DNA of 64,000 nucleotides from an uncultured Chloroflexia bacterium (GTDB lineage: Bacteria; Chloroflexota; Limnocylindria; Limnocylindrales; CSP1-4), in NCBI GenBank assembly GCA_963720755.1, contig CAVRGP010000011.1, positions 32,001 through 96,000 on the forward strand, in the 5' to 3' direction. Below, piece after piece: positions 47,857 to 57,323 of the stretch; the first letter of the stretch is position 1, and each line of letters starts with the position of its first letter. The notes below the pieces were generated by a model that was not told where the DNA came from, did not search any database, and worked only from the letters and a program-made list of their open reading frames with translations. A program made the position numbers and the translations under genes.

Positions 47857-49509
47857 TCAGCCCTCGAGGCCGGGATCCTCGTGGACGGCGACGCCGTCGA
47901 TGAATGTCGCAACGACCCGGGCGTCGCCGATCGCACCCGACGCCCGATCGAACAGGTCGCGATCGAGCACGACGAGGTCCGCCGACTTGCCGACCTCGAT
48001 CGACCCGAGCTCGTCATCCAGGTGGTTCACCCAGGCGCTTCCGGTCGTGAAGCCGGCCAACGCGTCGAGCAGGTCGAGGCGCTCGGCGGGCAGCAGTGGA
48101 TCCCCGTCTCGCGCTTCCTCGCCGACCCGGGTGACCGCGACCTCCATCTGGAGCAGCGGGTCCGCGGTGGACACGCTCCAGTCGGAGCCCATAGCCAGCC
48201 TCGCACCCGCGCGAAGGAGGGAACCGAACGGATACAGCCGGCCGGAGACCTCGGGCCCGAGGAAGGGGATGTTCAGGGTGTCCAGCTGATCCCCGTGGCA
48301 GGCCCAGTAGGCCTGTGCGTTGGCGGTCACGTCGAGCGCGGCGAAGCGCCCGAGATCGTCGGGATGGATCACCTCGATGTGGGCGACATGCGGCCGGGTG
48401 TCGGACGGTCCGTTCGTCCGTCGCGCGGCGTCGACCGCGTCGAGGGCCTCGCGCACGGCACCGTCACCGATGGCGTGGAAATGCGGCTGGAACCCGAGCC
48501 CGTCGAGTCTGGAGACATAGTCGCCGAGTTCGACCGGATCGATCAGGCTCATCCCGCGGATGTCGGTCGGGTGGCCGTTGGCGTCGAGGTACGGCTCGAG
48601 CATCGCTGCCGTGAAGCTATCGATGATGCCGTCCAGGAAGAACTTCACGCTGGTCGGCGTGTAGCGGCCGATCGACGTCCGATCCCGACGCTCGATCAGT
48701 TCCTCGATCTGTTCAGGCCCGCGCGTCTCGTCCCAGCCAAGGGCGCCGATCACGCGCGCCGTGAGTTCGCCGGCTCCGGCCAGCGTCGTGTAGGCGATCT
48801 CCCCCTCATGGGGCCACACATTGGCGTCCTGCCAGTGGGTGATGCCCAGGCCGTGGAGCTCGGCCTGCGCGGCCCTCAGGCCCGCGACCAGGTCGTTCGG
48901 ATCTGGTCGCGGTGCGACGCGCTCGACCAAGACGTAGGCAGCCTCCTGGAGGGCCCCCGAAGGTCGGCCGTCGGCGTCTCGCTCGATCCTTCCGCCGGTC
49001 GGATCAGGCGTGTCCGCGTCGATCCCGGCCGCCACGAGCGCCGCGGAATTGACCCAGGCGGTATGCCCGTCCGCGCTGAACAGCAGGACCGGCCGGTCCG
49101 GGACCACACGATCCAGATCCGATCGGTGGGGTCGTCCACCGGGGAAGTCGGCCATCGCCCAGCCATCCCCGAGGATCCATGGGACATCGGGATGGCTCAG
49201 CGCGTACGCCCCGACCGCCTCCACGTACTCGGCAAGGCCGTGGCGACCCTCCAGGCTGCACCGCAGACGCCCGAGCCCGGCTTCCACCGGATGGGTGTGC
49301 GCGTCGCCGAAACCCGGGGTCATCGACCGCCCGCGCAGATCGACCACGCGCGTGGCCGGACCGATGGCCGCCCGGATCTCCGCGTCACGGCCGACAGCGA
49401 CGATCCTGCCGGCCCGCACGGCGAGGGCACTGGCGAAGCGGCGATCGCGGTCCATGGTGGCGACGCGGCCATCCAGGAAGACGAGGTCGGCTGGCCGATC
49501 GGATCGCAT
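47857..49509 (-). CDS. Amidohydrolase_3 (YtcJ-like) metal-dependent hydrolase
   Basis: PGFGDAHTH, GHTAWVNSAAL, KFFLDG, HAIGD, AHIE, GSDW, GSIEVGKSADLVVL. Confidence 0.9.
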   Translation of the reverse strand: MRSDRPADLVFLDGRVATMDRDRRFASALAVRAGRIVAVGRDAEIRAAIGPATRVVDLRGRSMTPGFGDAHTHPVEAGLGRLRCSLEGRHGLAEYVEAVGAYALSHPDVPWILGDGWAMADFPGGRPHRSDLDRVVPDRPVLLFSADGHTAWVNSAALVAAGIDADTPDPTGGRIERDADGRPSGALQEAAYVLVERVAPRPDPNDLVAGLRAAQAELHGLGITHWQDANVWPHEGEIAYTTLAGAGELTARVIGALGWDETRGPEQIEELIERRDRTSIGRYTPTSVKFFLDGIIDSFTAAMLEPYLDANGHPTDIRGMSLIDPVELGDYVSRLDGLGFQPHFHAIGDGAVREALDAVDAARRTNGPSDTRPHVAHIEVIHPDDLGRFAALDVTANAQAYWACHGDQLDTLNIPFLGPEVSGRLYPFGSLLRAGARLAMGSDWSVSTADPLLQMEVAVTRVGEEARDGDPLLPAERLDLLDALAGFTTGSAWVNHLDDELGSIEVGKSADLVVLDRDLFDRASGAIGDARVVATFIDGVAVHEDPGLEG

Positions 49510-49581
49510 GGTCGGAGCATCGCATGCCGCCCGCGACCGGGCCGGCGAATCTCGCCCGTCGCGACGAGCTAGCATCGGCGG

Positions 49582-50136
49582 ATGACCAGTGTCCAGCTCC
49601 TCCACGCGGGGTATGCCCGACCTGACGGCCGCGTCGGCAGCAGCATCGTCCTGGTCCGCGACGGTGATGCTGTCATCGTGAGCGACCCGGGGATGGTCGC
49701 CCACCGCTCGCTGATCCTCGACCCACTGGCCGCGGCAGGGGTCGTCCCGGATGCCGTCACCCACGTCTTCCTGAGCCACCACCACCCGGACCACACCGTC
49801 AACATCGCCCTGTTCCCGAATGCCGAGGTGGTCGACTTCTGGGCCCGCTACCGCGACGACCTGTGGCTCGATCACGACGGCGACGGTCACCGGCTGGGCC
49901 CGAACAGCGAGCTATGGCTGACTCCCGGGCACACCGAGGAGGACGCCAGCCTCATCGTCACCGCGGATGATGCCGTCTACGCGATGACCCACCTGTGGTG
50001 GTATCAGGATCGGACCCCCGAGGTCGATCCGCTCGGGTCGGACCAGGCGGCGATCGAACGCGGCCGGGAGCGGGTGCTGGCCGCTGCCGATATCGTCATC
50101 CCAGGCCACGGGGCACCGTTCCGGGTCAGCGACTGA
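49582..50136 (+). CDS. Metallo-beta-lactamase-fold hydrolase
   Basis: DPG, SHHHPDH, TPGHT, PGHG. Confidence 0.85.
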   Translation: MTSVQLLHAGYARPDGRVGSSIVLVRDGDAVIVSDPGMVAHRSLILDPLAAAGVVPDAVTHVFLSHHHPDHTVNIALFPNAEVVDFWARYRDDLWLDHDGDGHRLGPNSELWLTPGHTEEDASLIVTADDAVYAMTHLWWYQDRTPEVDPLGSDQAAIERGRERVLAAADIVIPGHGAPFRVSD

Positions 50137-50145
50137 CCGTCTCGG

Positions 50146-50892
50146 TCAGTCCGCCGCGCGGCGCGCCACGATATTCAGTCGGACATAGTCGATCATCGGC
50201 TCCGGCAGCCGGCTCGCGACCGCGCGGACGAAGGCGTCGCGCTCGGCCGTGGGCAGTCGGTCGAGGTGAGCGCCGAGGATCACCGTCCGGAGGTAGGCCT
50301 CGAACGGCTCGCCCGGCTCGAACCAGGTCGGCTCATCCTGGAGCCAGCACTCGATGTCCACGAACCCGGCCGCATCGAGCCGACGGGCCGTTTCCATCGG
50401 GCCCTGGAAGTTCGCGTCGCCCAGCCAGCCGTCCCCGACCGTCGCCAGGACGCTCTGGACCGCCGCGATGTTGTCCCCACCACCACATTGGGCGACGAGC
50501 CAGCCACCGGGGCGGACGATGCCGGCCAGGTTGTCGAACAGCGCATCGTGATCGGCGATCCAGTGGAAGGTGGCCGTCGACAGCACGGCGTCCACGGCCA
50601 CGTCGAGTGGGAGCGGCATTCGCAGGTCGGTCTCGATGAACCGGACGCGATCGGCGTAGCGCGCCAGGCGGCCCCGCGCCACGTCGATCATGGCCGGCGA
50701 GGCATCCACGGCGATGACCTGGCCGCGCGGCAACCGTTCCGCCAGCAACTCGGTCACCCGACCGCTCCCGCAACCCGCGTCGAGGACCCGCTCGTCACCG
50801 GCCAGTGGCAGTCGGTCGAGGACGGCCGCGCCCCAGCGCGTTGCCGGGTCGGCGACCCGATCGTAAGCCCGTCCGTCCCAGTCGCGGACCAT
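50146..50892 (-). CDS. Class I SAM methyltransferase (Tam-like)
   Basis: VLDAGCGSG, VDASPAM, STATFHW, YVRLN. Confidence 0.85.
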   Translation of the reverse strand: MVRDWDGRAYDRVADPATRWGAAVLDRLPLAGDERVLDAGCGSGRVTELLAERLPRGQVIAVDASPAMIDVARGRLARYADRVRFIETDLRMPLPLDVAVDAVLSTATFHWIADHDALFDNLAGIVRPGGWLVAQCGGGDNIAAVQSVLATVGDGWLGDANFQGPMETARRLDAAGFVDIECWLQDEPTWFEPGEPFEAYLRTVILGAHLDRLPTAERDAFVRAVASRLPEPMIDYVRLNIVARRAAD

Positions 50893-50894
50893 CG

Positions 50895-52481
50895 TCAGTC
50901 GCCTGGCACGGATGGATCGGCGAGCCCAGACGCGGCGACTCGCCGACCCGATGGTTCGCGCAGCCCATACCAGGAGATGAGTGCGCCGATCACCAGCAGG
51001 GCGGCACACACCAGCATGGCCAGGTGGAACGCCTCGATCGAGGCATGATTCGATGCAGCCACCTGGGCGGGCGTTGCGGCCGCACCCGGGGGGTTGAGCG
51101 GCTGGAAGATCTTGCGGACGGCGGGATCGGCCGTATCGATCCCCGTCGATCCTCCGAGTGAGGCGTAGTAGACGGCGCTGATGGGGATGAAGATGAGCGC
51201 ACCGAGCAGCGGCTGGCCCACCCGTGAGATCGAATTGTTGACCGCCGAGCCGATCCCCGAGAAGCGACCGGAGATCGAGCCCATCAGCGCGTTCGTGAGC
51301 GGGGCCACGACCAGCGAGATCCCCAGTCCGAACAGCAGCGTGTACGGCACCACGTCTGTGAACACCGAAACCGGCGGGACGAGGCTGGCCGCGTCCTCGA
51401 GCGAGGCCCGCCAGGGCGCCGAATCGAACGGCAGACGCGTGAACCAGAGCACGCCGGCGGCCATCAGCAGCGGGCCGGCGACCAGGAACGGCCGCGAGCC
51501 GATCCGGCCCGCGAGCGTCCCGACTCGGGTCGACAGCAGCGCCAGCATGAGGCCCGTCGGCAGGCCGACGATGCCGGCCCCGAGGGCCGTGTAGCCGATG
51601 GCGCCCTGGAGAATGACCGCCTGGTAGAAGAACGTGACGTACAGGCCACCGTAGATGAAGAACGTTGCGAGGTTGACCGAGGCGAACACCCGCGATCGGA
51701 AGAGGCCAAGCGGCACGAGTGGGTGCGGCCGGCGAGCCATCAGGATCGGGAAGGCCACCAGCGCGACCACCCCGATCGCGATGGCGATCCATGCGGCCGC
51801 ATCGGCCCAGGCATTGGCTCCACCGCGGATCACCCCGAACGCGAGCCCGCCGACAGCCAGTGCGGCGACGAACGCCCCGAGCCAGTCGAACCGACCGGTC
51901 GCCTCCTCGTCGCGTGACTCCGATACGTGGGTGAGCGTGGCCCACAGGGCGAACGTGAGGAGAGGGACGTTGATCAGGAAGGCGACCCGCCAACCGACCG
52001 TGTCCACGATCGTCCCCCCGATGATCGGCCCGAGCACGAGCAATGCCGAGGTCGCGGCCGCCCACATCCCAAAGGCGCGAGCGCGCTGGACGCCATCGAA
52101 GGCATGGGTGATCAACGCGAGGGAACCGGGGATGAGCAACGCTCCGGCCGCCCCCTGGAACAGGCGGAACACGACCAGGATCTCGAGCGTCGGCGCGAGC
52201 CCGCACAGGGCGGAGGTCAGGCCGAAGCCGATCAGACCGATGGCGTAGACGCGCCGCCTGCCGTAGTAGTCGGATAGCGCCCCGGCCAGGATGAGCAGGG
52301 CGGCCAGCACGGCCAGATAGCCACCGACGATGTAGGCCTGGCCCTCCAGGACGCCGATCATGGAGCCGGGCAGGTCGGTGCCGATGTGTCGGAGGGCGAC
52401 GTTGACGATGGTCCCGTCGAGGAAGACCGCTCCCGAGCCGATGACCGTGCAGATGATCGTCCAGCGTTGGCGTCGGGTCAT
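50895..52481 (-). CDS. DHA2-type MFS transporter
   Basis: DGTIVNVAL, GALSDYYGRRR, GPIIGG....GWR.AFLINVP. Confidence 0.9.
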   Translation of the reverse strand: MTRRQRWTIICTVIGSGAVFLDGTIVNVALRHIGTDLPGSMIGVLEGQAYIVGGYLAVLAALLILAGALSDYYGRRRVYAIGLIGFGLTSALCGLAPTLEILVVFRLFQGAAGALLIPGSLALITHAFDGVQRARAFGMWAAATSALLVLGPIIGGTIVDTVGWRVAFLINVPLLTFALWATLTHVSESRDEEATGRFDWLGAFVAALAVGGLAFGVIRGGANAWADAAAWIAIAIGVVALVAFPILMARRPHPLVPLGLFRSRVFASVNLATFFIYGGLYVTFFYQAVILQGAIGYTALGAGIVGLPTGLMLALLSTRVGTLAGRIGSRPFLVAGPLLMAAGVLWFTRLPFDSAPWRASLEDAASLVPPVSVFTDVVPYTLLFGLGISLVVAPLTNALMGSISGRFSGIGSAVNNSISRVGQPLLGALIFIPISAVYYASLGGSTGIDTADPAVRKIFQPLNPPGAAATPAQVAASNHASIEAFHLAMLVCAALLVIGALISWYGLREPSGRRVAASGLADPSVPGD

Positions 52482-52576
52482 GCAGGCTCCGGCGGGGCGC
52501 TCGAGAGCGCGATGGTGTCCCGGGGCAGTTTCGCAGCGACGACGGGGTTCGGGCAAGGGACCGCTAGACTCGACCG

Positions 52577-53284
52577 ATGCCTGGACCCGTGGCGCTCGTC
52601 GGCGCCGGTGAGTTCCTCCCTGCGATGCTCGGTTTCGACGATTCGCTGCTCAGGTCGAGCGGCCGGACCAGACCGCGGGTTGTCATCCTGCCGACCGCGT
52701 CGTACCCGGATGGCCCGTCCGTGTTCGCGGACTGGGCGGCCCGCGGTGTCGCCCACTTCAGCCAGCTTGGTGCCGAAGTCGAGCCGGTCCTGGTTCGCGA
52801 TCGCCTGGGAGCCGACGACCCGGCGGCCGCGCAGGCCATCGGCGAGGCCGATCTCGTCTACCTCTCCGGTGGGAAGCCGTCGTACCTGCTGGACTCCCTG
52901 CTCGGGAGCGCGGTCGCGGCGGCCCTCGTCGATGCGCATGCGAGAGGCGCGATCCTGGTCGGTTGCTCGGCCGGCGCGATGGCGCTCGCCGCCCGGACGT
53001 TCGAACTCCGGGCCGGCGCTGCCCCGTGGCCACTTCGCTGGCGCGATGGTCTCGGGTTCGTGCCGGGCATGTCGGTCGTGCCCCATTACGACGCCTGGCC
53101 GGAGGCGTTGTCTGCGCTCATCGCGCTCCAGGCGCCTCGGGCGTCGGTCGTGCTCGGGATCGACGAGGAGACGGCCGTCGTCGGGCGGGACGGGGCGTGG
53201 CAGGTATACGGCCGGTCGAGGGTCACGGTCTGGCGCGGGCGGCGGCGCGATCGCTACCGGGCCGGCGAGACCTTTCGGCTGTGA
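52577..53284 (+). CDS. Peptidase S51 (dipeptidase E/cyanophycinase-like)
   Basis: ILPTAS, YLSGG, GCSAGA nucleophile, PHYD, GIDEET. Confidence 0.85.
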   Translation: MPGPVALVGAGEFLPAMLGFDDSLLRSSGRTRPRVVILPTASYPDGPSVFADWAARGVAHFSQLGAEVEPVLVRDRLGADDPAAAQAIGEADLVYLSGGKPSYLLDSLLGSAVAAALVDAHARGAILVGCSAGAMALAARTFELRAGAAPWPLRWRDGLGFVPGMSVVPHYDAWPEALSALIALQAPRASVVLGIDEETAVVGRDGAWQVYGRSRVTVWRGRRRDRYRAGETFRL

Positions 53285-53294
53285 GCCGTGCCGG

Positions 53295-53633
53295 TCAGTC
53301 GGGTCGGACGGTCCGGAAGCAGTCCGAGCAGTACACCGGACGATCCATCCGCGGCTTGAACGGGACCTGGGCCTGGTTGCCGCACGACGAGCAGACGACG
53401 GCGAAGTACTCGCGACTCGCCCGGTCGTCGCCGCGCTCGTAGCCGCGTGGGCCGCCGATCTCGCGCGCGTCGTAGCCGCCATCCCGGCTCGCTCGGCGGC
53501 TGGCACGGCAACTGGTGCATCGCTTCGGGTCGCTGACGAAACCCTTCTGCTGGTAGTACTCCTGATCGGCCGCGGAGTGGATGAATTCCACCCCGCAATC
53601 GACACAGTTCAGGGTCCGATCGACGTAGGTCAC
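53295..53633 (-). CDS. Zinc-ribbon + CxxC-x17-CxxC protein
   Basis: DRTLNCVDCG..KGF..PKRCTSC; CSSCG....VPFKP...RPVYCSDC; GGAGG RBS. Confidence 0.9.
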   Translation of the reverse strand: MTYVDRTLNCVDCGVEFIHSAADQEYYQQKGFVSDPKRCTSCRASRRASRDGGYDAREIGGPRGYERGDDRASREYFAVVCSSCGNQAQVPFKPRMDRPVYCSDCFRTVRPD

Positions 53634-53852
53634 GATGCTCCTCCGAGGGGCAATACAGGTCAGGGGTGTGCCAGTCGCGGGGCGGCCGCATCAGCAGTCG
53701 GGACGTGCAGGTCTGGCGGAGTTGGCCGGGACACGCGCCCAGGTGCCGATGTTGGGTCCCTGTCGCTCGGGGCGCACCGGTTCGATGACCGCGAGGATAC
53801 ATCGACTCGGCGAAATGGGCTGTCGAAGCATCGTCTGCCCGCGGCTGCAGCC

Positions 53853-53871
53853 GTGACACCGTACCTGTCAC
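53853..53871. promoter_or_regulatory. Palindrome GTGACA-N7-TGTCAC, putative operator
   Basis: Perfect 6-bp arms in the divergent intergenic region before sbcD. Confidence 0.4.
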
Positions 53872-53967
53872 AATGTCGACGGACCTTTGCTTCGGCGAGC
53901 GGGGAGTCATGGGGGCGCCTCGCTCGCACCGTTCGCCTCGGGCCGCGAGGAGGGACCCCGCCACCTG

Positions 53968-55134
53968 ATGCTCAGGATCATCCATACGGCCGATGTCCAC
54001 CTCGGGGCGCGTCATGACGACCTCGGCGAGCAGGCGGCCGCCCAACGGGAACGCCAGTTCGCCGCATTCCAGGCCGCGGTGGACCTCGCCATCACGGAGC
54101 GGGTCGACCTCTTCCTGGTCGCGGGCGACCTGTTCGACTCGAACGTCCAGCCGCGCCGCTCGGTCGAACGCGTCGCCGCCGAGCTCAAGCGTCTGGCCGA
54201 CGTTCGGATCCGATCCGTGATCATCCCGGGCACCCATGACGTCTACGATCGGGCATCCATCTACCGCGCCTACGACCTGCCCGCGATGGCTGGGCTCGGC
54301 CAGGACTCGGACCTGATCACCGTCCTTCACCCGGATCGGTCGTCGGTCCATCTCGCGTCGCTCGACGCGGTGGTGATCGGCAAGGTCTTCGCGACCAAGC
54401 GCGCGCCAGCCAGTCCGCTCCTCGGCATCGGCGCCCTCGCGGATCAGCCCGCAACCTGGCGGATCGGGATGGTCCACGGCTCGATCTCGATCCCGGGCAA
54501 GACGGATCGCGACGAGGTCGTGATCACATCCGAAGAGATCGCCGCAAGCGGGTTCGACTATCTCGCCCTCGGGCACTGGCATTCCGCCCAGGTCGGCAAG
54601 CTCGGGTCCGTGACCTATGCCTACGCGGGCGCGCCGGAAGCGGTCGCCCTGGACCAGGATCGCGCCGGCAAGGTCCTGCTCGTCGAGCTCGAGGAGCGGG
54701 ACGGGCAGCGGTCCGTGACCGTCGAGGAACGGCAGGTGGGCCGGACGAGGTTCCTCAAGCAGGAGATCGATGCCGCCGCCATCGCCAGCCAGCCGGCCCT
54801 GATCACCCTGCTGGCTGCCCACGCGAGCGAGGATCTGGTCCTGGACGCCCGACTCGTCGGCGTTCGGCCGGACGACCTGGACCTGGATCTCACCGAGGTC
54901 GAGGCCGCCCTCGTGACCTCGTTCCTCAAGGTTCGGGTCCGCGACGCATCCGTCCCGGCCCTGACCGAGGGTCCGTTGCCGTCCGAGGACACGATCGCCG
55001 GTGCGTTCATCCGCGACCTCGAAGCACGGATCAAGGCCCTCGAGGCCTCCGGATCCACGGCGGAGGCCGCCGAAGATCGCGACGCTCTGCGCCTTGGGCG
55101 GCTGCTCCTCGCCGGTCACGAGGTGTCCCTGTGA
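53968..55134 (+). CDS. sbcD: SbcD/Mre11-family (YhaO-like) nuclease
   Basis: HTADVHLG, AGDLFD, PGTHD, HG, YLALGHWH, YAGAPE. Confidence 0.85.
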   Translation: MLRIIHTADVHLGARHDDLGEQAAAQRERQFAAFQAAVDLAITERVDLFLVAGDLFDSNVQPRRSVERVAAELKRLADVRIRSVIIPGTHDVYDRASIYRAYDLPAMAGLGQDSDLITVLHPDRSSVHLASLDAVVIGKVFATKRAPASPLLGIGALADQPATWRIGMVHGSISIPGKTDRDEVVITSEEIAASGFDYLALGHWHSAQVGKLGSVTYAYAGAPEAVALDQDRAGKVLLVELEERDGQRSVTVEERQVGRTRFLKQEIDAAAIASQPALITLLAAHASEDLVLDARLVGVRPDDLDLDLTEVEAALVTSFLKVRVRDASVPALTEGPLPSEDTIAGAFIRDLEARIKALEASGSTAEAAEDRDALRLGRLLLAGHEVSL

Positions 55135-57323
55135 GGGTCAGGCGGATCAGCGGTGAGCAGTTCCGTCGATACCCGACATTCGATATCGAACTCGCTCCGG
55201 GGCTGACGGTCGTCCGCGGCCCCAACGAGGCGGGCAAGACGACGATCCAGCGAGCGCTCGAGCTTGCCCTGACCCGGCGCGCGACGAGCACAGCCGCTGA
55301 ACTCGAGGCGCTTCGCCCGTGGGGAGCACCGGCAGATGTCCGCTCCACCATCACGGTCGAGTTCGAGCAGGACGATGAGGATGGCCGCAAGTCCGGGACG
55401 CTCGAGAAGACGTTTGCCGGGGCCCGTGGCACGGTCCGGCTCGATTACGACGGTCAGTCGATCACCGATCCTGCGTTGGCCGATCAGGTCCTCGCGGAGT
55501 TGACCGGCATCCCGACCGAGGGGTTCTTCCGGTCCACGGCGTCGGTCCACCACTTCGAACTGAGTGACCTGTCACGCGACGAGGGTGCGCTGCGCGATCG
55601 TCTCCAGTCATCCATCAGCGGGGCGGACCGGGGGACGAGCCGGGCGCGCAAGAAGCTGGACAAGGCACTCCACGACCTGACCACCAAGGGCGAGCGGAAT
55701 CCCGGCCGCCTCAAGGTCGCAGAGCAGGCGGTCGAGCAGGCTCAGGCAGCCCTGGACCAGGGCGAGCTGGCGCTTGCCCAGCTCGAACGCGACCGGGATG
55801 CGGCGTCGTCGGCGCGCGACCGCCGGACGGAAGTGGAGCTCGCGCTCGCGGAGCGACGCAGCCTGCTGGAGAAGGCTCGTCAGGCTGAGCGTCTGGTGGC
55901 CGAACGCACGGCTGCGAGCGAGCGCTACGAACGCTACCGCCAGGCGGTCGAGGTCGCGGCGGAGCTGGATACGCTCGCCGGTGCGCACCCATCGCCCAAT
56001 CCACTCCCGGTCGTCCGGGCAACGGTGGAGCGCCTGCGCGTGCTCGACGGCCGCGCCCGTGAGCTGCGCGCCGCGTTGGCCGGTGAGGTCGAGGTCTCGT
56101 TCGATGTCGAACCCGAACCGACCTGGCGCCCGTTGTCACGCGTCTCGATCGCGATGGTGGTCATCGGGATCCTCCTTGCGGCCGGTCCGGTCATCCTGAG
56201 TCTCCTGGGGATCACGGGCCAGGTCGTGGTCGTCCAGGCGATCGGCGCCGTCGTCGCGCTGGTCGGCGTGGCCGTCGCCGCTGTTGCCCTGTGGCTGCGT
56301 CGCAGCGACAAGATGCATGCCCAGCTGCGCGACGTGGAGATCGATCGGCGCCTTCGCGGGCGGTCCGAGATCGAGGCGGAACTCCGGGACGTCGAGGCGA
56401 AGACCGCCGGCCAGCTCGGGTCGCTCGGTCTGGCCGACCTCGCCGAGGCCGAGGATCTGCTGGCCCGTGAAGAGGCGCACGTCGCCAAGATCGACCGCCT
56501 GTCGGCGCAACTCGAGGGCCTGGTCGGAAAGGAACCGAGCGAGACGCTGGCTCCCCAACGGGACGCGGCCGCGCTCGAGATCGAGCAGAAGACCAGCGCC
56601 ATCGAGGCGCTCGGACCGATCGCCAAGGAGCCACGGGCGCGGGAGCGGCTCGAGGTGGAGGTCCGCGATCAGGAGGGAGCCCTCGAGAGGGCACGCGACG
56701 ATGAGGCCAACGCGCGCGCCCGGGTCGAGGCCAACGCCGTCGATGCCGAACAGGTCGCCGGACAGGCCGAGCGCCTGGCCGCGTGGCGTGAGCAACTGGC
56801 CGGTGCGCAGCGTCGCCAGCGGGTGTACGCGACCACGCTGGCGGCGATCGATGCCGCGGAGCAGGCCACGATGAAGACCGCCACCAGGTATCTCGAGGCG
56901 CACATGGTCCGCGACCTGGCCGCCGTGACCGGCGGCCGCTACCGTCGAGTGCGGGTCGACGACAAGACGCTGGACATCGAGGTTCGGGCGCCAGAGAAGG
57001 GCGACTGGGTGTCAGTGACGTCCCTGAGCCAGGGGACGCTCGACCTGGTCTACCTCGTCGCTCGGCTCGGCCTGGTCAGGCTCGTCACCGGCGATCGTCG
57101 ACCGCCGCTCGTGTTCGACGATCCGTTCGTGACCCTTGACGACGAGCGGGCGGCTCGGGCCCTCGGCCTGCTCCGGTCGGTCGCGGCCGACTTCCAGGTC
57201 ATCTACCTGACGACTTCGCCGCGCTACGACAAGGCAGCGGACGCCGTCGTCGTCCTCGAGGGACCGACCAGTGTCGATCCGGGTGCCGAGGCCGACGCGG
57301 CACCGCCCTCGAGATCCGCCTGA
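55131..57323 (+). CDS. Rad50/SbcC-like (YhaN-type) ATPase with central transmembrane hairpin
   Basis: GPNEAGKTT, coiled coils, two hydrophobic helices, LSQGT signature, FDDPF. Confidence 0.85.
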   Translation: MRVRRISGEQFRRYPTFDIELAPGLTVVRGPNEAGKTTIQRALELALTRRATSTAAELEALRPWGAPADVRSTITVEFEQDDEDGRKSGTLEKTFAGARGTVRLDYDGQSITDPALADQVLAELTGIPTEGFFRSTASVHHFELSDLSRDEGALRDRLQSSISGADRGTSRARKKLDKALHDLTTKGERNPGRLKVAEQAVEQAQAALDQGELALAQLERDRDAASSARDRRTEVELALAERRSLLEKARQAERLVAERTAASERYERYRQAVEVAAELDTLAGAHPSPNPLPVVRATVERLRVLDGRARELRAALAGEVEVSFDVEPEPTWRPLSRVSIAMVVIGILLAAGPVILSLLGITGQVVVVQAIGAVVALVGVAVAAVALWLRRSDKMHAQLRDVEIDRRLRGRSEIEAELRDVEAKTAGQLGSLGLADLAEAEDLLAREEAHVAKIDRLSAQLEGLVGKEPSETLAPQRDAAALEIEQKTSAIEALGPIAKEPRARERLEVEVRDQEGALERARDDEANARARVEANAVDAEQVAGQAERLAAWREQLAGAQRRQRVYATTLAAIDAAEQATMKTATRYLEAHMVRDLAAVTGGRYRRVRVDDKTLDIEVRAPEKGDWVSVTSLSQGTLDLVYLVARLGLVRLVTGDRRPPLVFDDPFVTLDDERAARALGLLRSVAADFQVIYLTTSPRYDKAADAVVVLEGPTSVDPGAEADAAPPSRSA

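Noticed and set aside
49582-50136. Metallo-beta-lactamase resistance gene
   Set aside because: No signal peptide; short generic MBL-fold hydrolase
53853-53871. CRP/FNR site
   Set aside because: GTGA-N11-TCAC spacing does not fit the N6 CRP geometry
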